A stretch of DNA of 64,000 nucleotides, from assembly GCA_028871525.1 (NCBI GenBank), contig JAGWMX010000002.1, forward strand, positions 4,940-68,939, given 5' to 3'. Within the stretch, counting starts at the first letter, position 1; each line of letters opens with the position of its first letter. Shown here piece after piece: positions 40,661 to 49,694 of this stretch. This DNA is from Gammaproteobacteria bacterium. GTDB lineage: Bacteria; Pseudomonadota; Gammaproteobacteria; Nevskiales; Nevskiaceae. The translations under genes and the position numbers were made by a program. A model generated the notes under the pieces. It searched no databases and was not told where the DNA came from. It saw nothing but the letters and a program-made list of their open reading frames with translations.

Positions 40661-41731
40661 ATGCTCACGCTGCCAGCGCCGCAAAGCGCGCGCAGCGGCG
40701 TGTTCGCGGCGCTGGCCGCCGCGCTGCTGTTCGGCGCCAGCACACCGCTGGCTAAAGCACTATTAGGCGATACATCTCCGCTGCTGCTCGCCGGCCTGCT
40801 GTACCTCGGCAGCGGAGTCGGCCTGACACTGGCGCGTCTAGTCCGCGACCGCGGCTGGCGCGGCACTGCTCTCGACCGGCGCGACGCACCCTGGCTGGCT
40901 GCAGCGATCGGTTTCGGCGGCGTGCTGGGGCCGGTATTGCTGATGTTTGGCCTGTTGTACACGTCGGCGGCTTCCGCCTCGCTGCTGCTGAACTTGGAAG
41001 CGGTATTCACCGCGGCGATCGCGTGGTGTGTGTTCCGCGAGAATGCCGGAGCCCGCATCGTGCTCGGCATGGGCGCCATCGTCGCCGGTGCGGCGCTGCT
41101 GTCCTGGCCGACGGCAGGCGGTTCTACTCGCGGCGATGCGCTGGGAGCGCTCGCCATAGCCGGGGCCTGCCTGTGTTGGGCACTCGACAACAATCTGACG
41201 CGCAAAGTGTCAGGCGGCGATGCGTTGTTCATCGCCGGCGCCAAAGGCCTGGTCGCCGGCTCCATCAACACAGGGCTGGCGCTGGTTCTGGCCGCATCTT
41301 TGCCGGCGGCACCGGCACTCGGCGCCGCGTTGCTGGTGGGACTATTCGGCTACGGCGTGAGCCTGGCGCTGTTCGTGCTGGCGCTGCGCCGCCTCGGCGC
41401 AGCGCGCACCGGCGCCTACTTTTCCACCGCGCCGTTCATCGGTGCGGCGCTGGCCATCCTCGTCCTGCATGAATCAACGCCACCGTCGTTCTGGTGGGCC
41501 GGTGGATTGATGGCGCTCGGTGTCTGGCTGCACCTGACCGAACGCCACGTGCACCAACACACGCACGAGCCGCTGACGCACACGCACTCTCATGTGCACG
41601 ACGAACATCACCGGCACGCGCACCCGGACGGCTGGGACGGACGCGAACCGCACAGTCACGAACACACCCATGAGGCTGTGACGCACGCCCACCGCCACTA
41701 TCCGGACATCCACCACCGACATGCGCATTGA
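40661..41731 (+). CDS. EamA/DMT family transporter with an extremely His-rich C-terminal tail
   Basis: About 10 TM helices with an EamA-like repeat layout. The last 66 residues contain 24 His by hand count. An alternative TTG start at 40652 overlaps the cytochrome c stop. Confidence 0.75.
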   Translation: MLTLPAPQSARSGVFAALAAALLFGASTPLAKALLGDTSPLLLAGLLYLGSGVGLTLARLVRDRGWRGTALDRRDAPWLAAAIGFGGVLGPVLLMFGLLYTSAASASLLLNLEAVFTAAIAWCVFRENAGARIVLGMGAIVAGAALLSWPTAGGSTRGDALGALAIAGACLCWALDNNLTRKVSGGDALFIAGAKGLVAGSINTGLALVLAASLPAAPALGAALLVGLFGYGVSLALFVLALRRLGAARTGAYFSTAPFIGAALAILVLHESTPPSFWWAGGLMALGVWLHLTERHVHQHTHEPLTHTHSHVHDEHHRHAHPDGWDGREPHSHEHTHEAVTHAHRHYPDIHHRHAH

Positions 41732-41752
41732 CGACAATCCGGAGGACCGCAC

Positions 41753-42349
41753 GTGATGCTACTGCAAGCCTTGGGTCACGCCCTGTACACCGCCGCGGCG
41801 ATGGGCTGGGAAATTCTGTGGGGGCTGATTCTCGGCTTCCTGATGTCGGCGGTGGTCGACGTGCTGGTCTCCAAGGCCGAGCTGCAGAAGCTGCTGCCGG
41901 ACGCCTCGCCGCGTTCCATCGTGCGCGCCAGCCTGCTCGGCGCAGCCTCCTCGTCCTGCTCCTACGCCGCGGTCGCGATCGCCCGCTCGATCTTCTGCAA
42001 GGGCGGTGATTTCACTGCGGCGATGGCGTTCCAGTTCGCCTCCACCAACCTGGTGATCGAGCTGGGCATCCTGCTGGTGGTGCTGATGGGCTGGAGTTTC
42101 GGCGCGGCCGAGTTCATCGGCGGCCCGCTGATGATCGCGCTGCTGGCGCTGATGTTCCGCCTGCTGCTGCGCCCGCGGATGGTCGCAGCGGCGCGGGCGC
42201 AGGCCGAAAAGAACCTCGCCGGCAAAATGGAAGGCCACGCCGGCATGGCGACGATGGCCAAGCAAGGTCGCTGGCGGGACCGTCTGGGTTCTGGCGAGGG
42301 ATGGACGGCGATCAGCCATTACTTCGCGATGAACTGGTCGATGCTGTGG
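41753..42349 (+). pseudogene. Predicted permease (UPF0718/ArsP-like), 3'-truncated by IS66 insertion
   Basis: The membrane protein has a CSYAAVAIARS motif. Similarity-like sequence ends at ...SHYFAMNWSMLW (about 42349), exactly where an IS66-type terminus (GTAA...) begins. The final 13 codons read into the IS. Confidence 0.55.
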
Positions 42350-43399
42350 AGTAACTGCTCACCCGGTTTCGGCGTAGAGCTGACCGGATAGGGCCATTTG
42401 GATAGCGACGAGAGGGTTGTAGCCTTGGTTGGCCATGGTCTGCAGATAGCTGGAGATGCGGCAGTAGGCCTGGGCGAACTCGGCCTTGCGCAAGCAGCCG
42501 GAGACCTTCTGCTTGACCTTGCTCATGCGCAGATCTCGCTCGGCGCGGTTGTTGGTGAAGGGGACGTTGGCGTCTGTGGCGAACAGCAGCACGGCGGTCT
42601 CGTGCTCCCTCAGACGCTGCCAGAGATTATGGGCATCGGATTTGGCGACCGGGCCGCGTGTGCCGTTCTGCTTTGCCGGGATGGGTGGCAGCTCCCGCTC
42701 GCCGCGGGTGAGGATGTTGCGGCAGCGTTTCTGCAAGGCGCCGTACTCGCGCGGGGTGAGCCGTTTGCGCTGGCGCTTGGAGACTTTGGCGCAGGTCTGC
42801 TGCAGGAGCCGCTTCATGTTGCCGGCCCAGGCGTAGCCGTTCGCCTCGAGGATAAAGGTCAGCTCGCGCAACAGGTGTGCGCCACAGAGCCCATGGCGGC
42901 AGTGCTCATAGGACAGGCAGGAGGCCCAGCAGTCGTGGACGATCACCCCTCCGTAGCGGGGGATGATGCCGATGGCGGCCATCGCCTCGAGGCCGCGCTT
43001 CTCATGCACGAACTTCAGGGTGATGTCCCCTGCCGAGCAGACGTGGAGCCAATGATTGCGCTTGTCGACGCGGATCGAGGTCTCATCGACATGCATCGCC
43101 GGCTGGGTGAGGATCCGATCGATCGCCAGTCTCTCCCGGCGGGCCAGCGCCAGGTGCAGCTGCAGCACGTACTTCAAGATCGTGGCCTCGGAGATCGCCA
43201 GGCCCACCAGGGTCTGGATCGAGTGCTGCACGCGCTTCAGGGCGATCATCTGGGCAAGCAGCAGGTTCAGCGCGTACGCCTTGATGCCCGAGCCGTACTG
43301 CAGGGGTCCGGAGAAGGTCGCGGGGAAAGGAGTGTCAGAAATTCTGTGTGAGCCATACGATGTCCTGATAAGGACAAAGGAGCACGTATGGCGACGCAA
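42350..43399 (-). mobile_element. IS66 family element remnant: right end plus 5'-truncated transposase (TnpC)
   Basis: The translation has the IS66 DDE core (AMHVDETSIRVD, WLHVC, HDCWASC, CGAHLLREL, TNNRAERDLR). About 170 N-terminal aa and the tnpA/tnpB ORFs are missing. The terminus gtaactgctcaccc lies immediately after the stop codon. Confidence 0.8.
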
Positions 43400-43500
43400 G
43401 TGGAGAAGCCGTCGATTGACGGCGAGCTGTTGGACCGGCTGTTGGCCGGGCGCGATCCCAAGACCGTTCTTGAATCCGAGGGTCTGATCGGCGATCTGAA
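43388..43500 (+). mobile_element. IS256 family transposase N-terminal fragment
   Basis: IDGELLDRLLAGRDPKTVLESEGLIGDLKR matches the conserved N-terminal helix region of IS256-type transposases. Similarity is lost afterwards, and it abuts the truncated 5' end of the IS66 transposase. Confidence 0.45.
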
Positions 43501-43627
43501 GAGAGATTACGCTTCGCTAATCGGCCCTACGATCCTCAGGCGAGATTGGCCGGGCCGCGAGTATTATGGGTGCGGCGATACGGATTCATAAACCATTCCG
43601 ACGCAAACTTCTTGCGAGGCACATGCC

Positions 43628-43966
43628 ATGAGCGACATTCATCCTCCCGGCGAAGGGATCCAGCCTTCCGCCGAGCCGTCCACACCCTTTGGACAGAACA
43701 TCAAGCGGGGCAGCACGTGGATGCGGCTGCTGTTCATGATCGTCTTCTCGCTGCTGTACCAGATGGCCGAGTTCGTGGTCGGCGTCGTGATCATCCTGCA
43801 GTTCTTCTGGGTGCTCTTCACGGGCAGGAAGAATCCGGCCTTGGTCGAGTTCGGCCAATCGCTGTCGACGTACGCGTATCAGGTGCTGCGCTATTTGACC
43901 TTCAACATCGAGCAACGGCCGTTCCCGTTTGATCTACGCTGGCCTATCGGTCCGCCGACGCCTTGA
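43628..43966 (+). CDS. Small two-TM membrane protein (DUF4389-like)
   Basis: 112 aa. The layout WMRLLFMIVFSLLYQMAEFVVGVVIILQFFWVLFTG...RPFPF recalls DUF4389. Assigned from memory only. Confidence 0.45.
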   Translation: MSDIHPPGEGIQPSAEPSTPFGQNIKRGSTWMRLLFMIVFSLLYQMAEFVVGVVIILQFFWVLFTGRKNPALVEFGQSLSTYAYQVLRYLTFNIEQRPFPFDLRWPIGPPTP

Positions 43967-44095
43967 GTACACGCAGGGTTGGCAAAATCGTACGTGGACG
44001 TGATGAAGATCGCGTTACCGTCGTCCTGAGGGTTGCTGCTCGCACCAGCTTAACCAGCGCGCCGGAGCGACAGTGGCCTGGTATTGACGTATTAG

Positions 44096-44154
44096 CCGCC
44101 CTCATTTTCGGCGATGGCTTTTCCTCAACAACAGGAGTTTCCTGGCCGCCGCGA
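44096..44154 (+). repeat. 59-bp direct repeat, copy A
   Basis: 53/59 identical, ungapped, to 45314-45372 by hand alignment. Confidence 0.85.
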
Positions 44155-44334
44155 TGGGCCTCACGGTGACCCCCCGGTAATCGGACTGACTCACCGATCG
44201 ATTTCCGCATGACGCCACGCAGGTATTCGGCCGGCACCGGCTCCAGCCTCGCGCCCAAACACGATCTTCCGCGCTCGCGCAGGCCTGCACTTCGGCCGGC
44301 GACGGTGGCCATCCTGTGCGAAACTTGAGCCCGC

Positions 44335-45306
44335 ATGCTCCCCAACCTCGGCGATATCGAAGAAGCGGCGCGGGCCGTCTATTCGGTCATGCCGCCCACC
44401 CCGCAATATTGCTGGCCCTTGCTGTGCCAGCGGGTGGAGACGGAGGTCTGGGTCAAGCACGAAAACCATACTCCGATGGGCGCTTTCAAGCTTCGCGGCG
44501 GGCTGGTCTATTTCGATGACCTGACCCGGCGCAACCGGGTCGACGGAGTGATCACCGCCACACGTGGAAACCACGGGCAGTCGGTCGGGTTCGCTGCAAA
44601 GCGTTATGGGCTGCCGGCCAAAATCGTGGTTCCGTTCGGCAACAGCGCGGCAAAGAACGCCGCCATGCGGGCGCTCGGCGTGGAACTGATCGAGCACGGG
44701 GACGATTTCCAGGCGGCGCGCGAATTCGCCGTGGCGCTGGCCCGGGACGAGTCGCTGCACATGGTGCCGGCCTTCGATCCCCGCCTCGTCGCCGGCGTGG
44801 CCACCTACAGCCTGGAGTTGCTGAGGGCCGTCCCGGACCTGTCGACGGTTTACGTTCCGATCGGGCTCGGCTCCGGCATCTGCGGCATGGTCGCCGCGCG
44901 CGATGCGCTTGGTCGCAATACGCAGATCGTCGGTGTCGTGTCGGCCCATGCCCGCGCCTATGCCGCCTCCTTCACCGAGAAGCGGGCGGTCGACGCACCG
45001 GTATCCACGGCTCTCGCTGACGGCATGGCCTGCCGCACCCCGGAACCCGCGGCGCTGGAGGTGATCCGGCGCGGGGTCGATCGAATCGTGGAGGTCACCG
45101 ATGGTGAAGTGGCGCGGGCGATCCGCCTCATTTTCGAATGCACCCGCAACGTCGCCGAGGGCGCGGGTGCCGCGGCGCTGGCGGCGGTCCTGCAGGAAAA
45201 GAACCGGCTGAAAGGCCGTAAGGTCGGCATCGTCCTCTCGGGGGGAAATATCGACAGCAACGCCCTGGCGCAGATTCTTGCCGAGCCCGTCTCGGATGAA
45301 CACTGA
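44335..45306 (+). CDS. Threonine/serine dehydratase family PLP enzyme (no ACT domain)
   Basis: 323 aa with the PLP-Lys context VKHENHTPMGAFKLRGG and glycine loop PIGLGSGICG. Confidence 0.8.
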   Translation: MLPNLGDIEEAARAVYSVMPPTPQYCWPLLCQRVETEVWVKHENHTPMGAFKLRGGLVYFDDLTRRNRVDGVITATRGNHGQSVGFAAKRYGLPAKIVVPFGNSAAKNAAMRALGVELIEHGDDFQAAREFAVALARDESLHMVPAFDPRLVAGVATYSLELLRAVPDLSTVYVPIGLGSGICGMVAARDALGRNTQIVGVVSAHARAYAASFTEKRAVDAPVSTALADGMACRTPEPAALEVIRRGVDRIVEVTDGEVARAIRLIFECTRNVAEGAGAAALAAVLQEKNRLKGRKVGIVLSGGNIDSNALAQILAEPVSDEH

Positions 45307-45313
45307 GCGCCGG

Positions 45314-45372
45314 CCGCTCTCATTTTCGGCGACGGCTTTTCCCCAACAACCGGAGTTTCCGGGCTGCCGCGA
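45314..45372 (+). repeat. 59-bp direct repeat, copy B
   Basis: 53/59 identical to 44096-44154. It starts 8 nt after the dehydratase stop codon, in the same reading frame. Confidence 0.85.
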
Positions 45373-45475
45373 AATTCCAGCGCCCGCACACATGAAACAA
45401 GGCGCCTGGTTCTTCGGGGAACCTCACAGCGAAAGACCGTGACAGATTCGGTGAACCCGAGCGACATCCTGCCGG

Positions 45476-45503
45476 GCACCTCATCGCGGCCGCGATGAGG
45501 TGC
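45476..45503. terminator. 28-nt perfect palindrome between convergent genes (possible bidirectional terminator)
   Basis: gcacctcatcgcggccgcgatgaggtgc is self-complementary over its full length. It overlaps the last codons and stop of the YXWGXW gene. Confidence 0.35.
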
Positions 45504-46464
45504 GGACGGCGTGCGGTTCCGGTTTGAGACGGGGCTGCGGCCGGGCATGGGGCGAAGGCCGCGCACGCACCTGATTCCGCTCCGGCTGCCGCGCGACGGC
45601 CGGATACGGCGCGCGCGGCGGCGGCGTCTGCCGGCGGTCGAAGCCCCGGTCAAAACCATGATCAAGCGGCTGCGCCCGCGGCTTGGCGCGGGGTCGCGGC
45701 GCGTCCGGACGCGGCGGCGGGTTCTGACGCGTCACGGGCGGTGCCTGCCTGAGCCGCAGGTTGCCGTTGCCGCGTTCGCCCGGCGCGCCGGCGCGCGGCA
45801 TGGCCAGTATTCGCGGCCGGCCGTGGCTGACTCCGGCGAACTGCGCGCGATCGCCGCGGGCCTGCTCGAAGTGGCGGAGCTGTGCCGGCGTCGGCCGCCA
45901 GTGCCGCTCGCGCTCGACGATGCGTTCGGATTCGCCCGGCCGTGCGCGCAATCCGCCGGGACCACCGTTATAGCTGATGTGGCCGGCGAAAGCCCGGCGC
46001 GTCACGGCGCGCTCGTAGACGTAGTGCACGATCGTCACATTGACGTTGTTGACGGCACGGTTGTAGTAAAAATGCGGGCCGTTCCAGTAGCCGCCGTCGT
46101 AGCGGTAACCGCTATAGCCGTAACCGTAGTCGACGCCGCCATAGAAACCAACCTGCGGCGCCCAGTAGCCCGGATGCCAGAGATAAACGCCGTCGGCCCA
46201 GGCCCAATAGCCGGGCGTCCACAGCAACCCCGGCTGCGGCGCCAACACCCAGGTGCCGGGCACCCAGTAATAGTCACCGGCATCGGCATCCCAGCCCCAG
46301 TAACCCGGGATCCACAGATAGTCCGGTCCGGGGACGGGCGGCTGCGAATAGAGCGGCAGCGGCGGCGGCGCGATGCGCACCGCTACCAACACGTCGGCCG
46401 ACGCCGCCGACTCGGCGCTCAGCGCTGCGATCGTCAACAGCAACACGCACAGGGCTTTGCTCAT
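45481..46464 (-). CDS. Secreted YXWGXW repeat-containing protein with a basic Pro/Arg-rich tail
   Basis: Signal peptide MSKALCVLLLTIAALSAESAASA. Repeats YLWIPGYWGW, YYWVPGTWV, LWTPGYWAW and YLWHPGYWA. Confidence 0.7.
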   Translation of the reverse strand: MSKALCVLLLTIAALSAESAASADVLVAVRIAPPPLPLYSQPPVPGPDYLWIPGYWGWDADAGDYYWVPGTWVLAPQPGLLWTPGYWAWADGVYLWHPGYWAPQVGFYGGVDYGYGYSGYRYDGGYWNGPHFYYNRAVNNVNVTIVHYVYERAVTRRAFAGHISYNGGPGGLRARPGESERIVERERHWRPTPAQLRHFEQARGDRAQFAGVSHGRPRILAMPRAGAPGERGNGNLRLRQAPPVTRQNPPPRPDAPRPRAKPRAQPLDHGFDRGFDRRQTPPPRAPYPAVARQPERNQVRARPSPHARPQPRLKPEPHAVRTSSRPR

Positions 46465-46699
46465 CGACGCACCCTCCTCGAAAATCTGTCACCAAGACCC
46501 ACGATGGGCATGCGCGCACGGTAAACCGGCGGCGATGAACGTTCGCTGAGTGGATCGTTCAGGCTTGGTTCAGACACGCGGCGCGGGCGGCACCATCGCC
46601 CGCTGGAAGACGCGGCCGTGCACGCACGCTTGCACGCAACCGGTCAACGTGCGAAACAATCCAGTTCGAAACCTGCCAGCGGATCATCGGGAGATCATC

Positions 46700-47422
46700 G
46701 TGTCGGAAAAAACCGGAAAGACAGCAGTCGTGATGGGCGTCGGTCCCGCGCTCGGCTTGGCGGTGGCGCGGCGCTTCGCGCGCGAAGGCTTCGCCGTAGC
46801 GCTGATGGCGCGTTCACCGCAACATCTGCAGCCGTGCCGGGCCGCGATCGAAACCGAAGGCGGCCGCGTGCTGGCGCTGCCGGTGGATGCGACCGATCCG
46901 GCGGCGGTCCGGCACGGCTTCGAACAAGTGCGCGACACGTTCGGTCCGGCTGCGATTTTCGTCTACAACGCCGGCGCCTACGAGCCCGGCGGGATTCTCG
47001 AGATCACGCCGGACCAATTCGAACGCTGCTGGAAAGCCAATTGCTTCGGCGGTTTTCTCGGCGTCCAGCAGGCCCTGGCCGATATGTCGCCGCGAAAGAC
47101 AGGCACCGTCATTCTGGCCGGGGCCACGGCGTCATTGCGCGGGTCGGCCGGCTTCGCCAATCTCGCGGTCGGCAAGTTCGGCCTGCGGGCACTGGCACAG
47201 TCGATGGCGCGGGAATTCGGTCCGCAGGGAATTCACGTGGCGCACGTGATCATCGACGGGCAGATCGACACGCCCAGGCTCAGGAGCCGGCAGCCGGAGC
47301 GTTCACCCGAGACCACCCTGGCGCCGGACGCCATCGCCGAGGTCTACTGGCAGCTGCATATGCAATCGCCTCGTGCCTGGACTCTCGAACTGGATCTGCG
47401 GCCGGCGCCGGAGCGGTTCTAG
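46700..47422 (+). CDS. SDR family NAD(P)-dependent oxidoreductase
   Basis: GTG at 46700 follows GGGAGA. Rossmann TAVVMGVGPALGLAVARRFAREG. The longer ORF prefix is not SDR-like. Confidence 0.75.
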   Translation: MSEKTGKTAVVMGVGPALGLAVARRFAREGFAVALMARSPQHLQPCRAAIETEGGRVLALPVDATDPAAVRHGFEQVRDTFGPAAIFVYNAGAYEPGGILEITPDQFERCWKANCFGGFLGVQQALADMSPRKTGTVILAGATASLRGSAGFANLAVGKFGLRALAQSMAREFGPQGIHVAHVIIDGQIDTPRLRSRQPERSPETTLAPDAIAEVYWQLHMQSPRAWTLELDLRPAPERF

Positions 47423-47507
47423 GGCCTTTGTCTAGGGCCTGTCCAGAGCCTGCCCAGGGCCTGCTGCGGAACCCACGACGAACCGGGCGTTTCCGCCGCG
47501 CATCGGG

Positions 47508-49625
47508 TTATCGTGCCATGCCGAACGCCTTGAGGATAAACGCGTAGACGTCCACGGTTTCGTCGATCTGCTTGGCGGTCGGTTTGCCCTGGCCGTGTCC
47601 GGCGCGGGTCTCGATGCGGATCAGGATCGGTTTTCCGCGCCGGTCGGCATGCTGCATCGCCGCGGTGAACTTGAAGCTGTGCGCCGGAAACACGCGGTCG
47701 TCGTGATCGCCGGTGATCACCAGCGTCGCCGGGTAGCCGACGCCGGTGCGCACGTTCTGGTACGGCGAATAGGCCAGCATGGCCTTGAACTCAGCCTCGT
47801 TTTGCACCGAGCCGTAATCGGATTCCCAACCTTTACCGACGGTGAAATCGGCGAAGCGCAGCATATCGAGCACCCCGACCTGCGGCACCGCCGCGGCGAA
47901 CAACTCCGGGTGTTGCTCTTCGGTGGCCGCCACCAGCAGACCGCCGTTGGAGGCGCCACGGATCGCCAGCCGCTGCGGATTGGTCCATTTCTGCGCGATC
48001 AGGTATTTGGCCGCCCAGGCGAAGTCGTCGAACACGTTCTGTTTGTGCAGCTTCATGCCGGCCTCGTGCCAGGCGCGCCCGTACTCGCCGCCGCCGCGGA
48101 GGTTGGCCACGGCAAAGACACCGCCCATCGCCAGCCAGCCGGCCACCGCCGGCGAAAAGTCCGGCAGGATCGGAATGTTGAAGCCGCCGTAACCGTAGAG
48201 GATGGTCGGGTTATCGCCGTCGAGCTTGACCCCCTTGTGCGCGGTGATGACCATCGGCACCCGCGTGCCGTCCTTGCTCCGGTAGAACACCTGGCGGGTT
48301 TCGTAGTCGGCCGGATCGAACCCCGAGAGTTCCGGCGTGCGCCACAGCGTGCTCTTGCCGCTGGCCAGATCCAAGCGGTAAATCGACGGCGGTGTCGTGT
48401 AGCTGCTGAAGCTGTAGAAGGTCACCGGGTCGTCGAAACGTCCGGCGAAACCGCTGACGGTGCCGATCCCCGGCAACCGGACCTCGCCCAGCGCCTTGCC
48501 GTCCGGCGCAAAACGCGCCACGGCACTGTGCGCGTCGCGCATGTATCGGACCACGATCTGGCCGCCGACCATGTGCGCCGATTCGATGGTGTCGCCGTTC
48601 TCCGGCACCACCGTGCGCCAGTGCGCCGGTACCGGGTTATCGGTATCCACCGCGATCACGCGGTAGCGCGGCGCGTCCTTGTCGGTGACGAAATACAACT
48701 GGCTGCCGACATTGCCGATGAAACTGTAGGCGGCGTCCGGCTCAGCCATCAGCGGTACGACCTGCGGCTGCGCCGCGCCGAGATCCTCGTACAGCACGGT
48801 GTTGCGCACGTCGGTGCCGTGTTCGGCCTCAATCAACAGATAGCGGCCGTCGTCGGTCACCTGGGCGCCGACGTACCAGTCCGGCGCGTCGGTGCGGCCA
48901 TAGATCACCCGATCTGCGCTCTGCGGCTGGCCGAGCGGGTGGAAATAGATCTTCTGGTACTGATTCGCCGCCTTCAGTACGTTGCCGCCCGGCGGCGCCG
49001 CGTAACCGGAATAGAAGAACCCCGAAGCGTCCTTGTTCCAGGTGGCGCCGGCGAACTTGATCCAGCGCAGCGTGTCCGGCAGATCCTTGCCGGTGGCCAC
49101 GTCGCGCACGCGCCAGATCTCCCAGTCCGAACCGCCATCAGACAGACCATAGGCCATCAGCCGGCCATCTTCTGAAAACGCCGCGTCCTTCAGCGCCACG
49201 GTGCCGTCCGGCGACAGCCGGTTGGGATCCAGCAGCACGCGCCAGCCGGCGTCAGGGGAACCCGTGCCGACATACAACACCGATTGGTTCTGCAGACCGT
49301 TGTTCTTGGTGACGCTCCAGAACCGTCCATGGCGTTGCGGCGGGCTCCAGCGCGGATAGTTCCAGATGCGCGTCAGTCGTTGACGAATCGCCGCGCGGCC
49401 GGGGACGGCCTCGAGATACGCACGGGTGAGGCGGTTTTCGGCCCGAATCCAGCGCCCGACTTGCGGCGAGTCGATGTTTTCCATCCAGCGGTACGGATCG
49501 GGCACGCGCACGCCGAAAAAGTCGTCGACGTGATCGCCGCGACCGGCGCTCGGATATTCGAGTCCGGCCGCGGCGGCAACATTGGTCAGCACGGTCATCG
49601 ACAGCACGGCGAACAGGCGGAACAT
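47508..49625 (-). CDS. Prolyl oligopeptidase family serine peptidase (S9A)
   Basis: 705 aa with a signal peptide, the N-terminal DPYRWMEN motif, a beta-propeller, and the catalytic GASNGGLL context. Confidence 0.85.
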   Translation of the reverse strand: MFRLFAVLSMTVLTNVAAAAGLEYPSAGRGDHVDDFFGVRVPDPYRWMENIDSPQVGRWIRAENRLTRAYLEAVPGRAAIRQRLTRIWNYPRWSPPQRHGRFWSVTKNNGLQNQSVLYVGTGSPDAGWRVLLDPNRLSPDGTVALKDAAFSEDGRLMAYGLSDGGSDWEIWRVRDVATGKDLPDTLRWIKFAGATWNKDASGFFYSGYAAPPGGNVLKAANQYQKIYFHPLGQPQSADRVIYGRTDAPDWYVGAQVTDDGRYLLIEAEHGTDVRNTVLYEDLGAAQPQVVPLMAEPDAAYSFIGNVGSQLYFVTDKDAPRYRVIAVDTDNPVPAHWRTVVPENGDTIESAHMVGGQIVVRYMRDAHSAVARFAPDGKALGEVRLPGIGTVSGFAGRFDDPVTFYSFSSYTTPPSIYRLDLASGKSTLWRTPELSGFDPADYETRQVFYRSKDGTRVPMVITAHKGVKLDGDNPTILYGYGGFNIPILPDFSPAVAGWLAMGGVFAVANLRGGGEYGRAWHEAGMKLHKQNVFDDFAWAAKYLIAQKWTNPQRLAIRGASNGGLLVAATEEQHPELFAAAVPQVGVLDMLRFADFTVGKGWESDYGSVQNEAEFKAMLAYSPYQNVRTGVGYPATLVITGDHDDRVFPAHSFKFTAAMQHADRRGKPILIRIETRAGHGQGKPTAKQIDETVDVYAFILKAFGMAR

Positions 49626-49694
49626 GACGGCATCCTTTGATCGTTTGACACCAAGATAGAACCTGCCGCTGCGGTGGGCTCGTGTCCGGCTGAC

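Noticed and set aside
44096-45372. Interpreting the 59-bp repeats as integron attC sites (gene cassettes)
   Set aside because: I could not find the RYYYAAC / GTTRRRY core pairs or the internal imperfect dyad expected of attC. No intI integrase or attI is present in the window.
44191-45393. 400-aa minus-strand ORF antisense to the dehydratase gene
   Set aside because: It is a GC-rich antisense artefact, and the plus strand encodes a clear PLP-dependent dehydratase.
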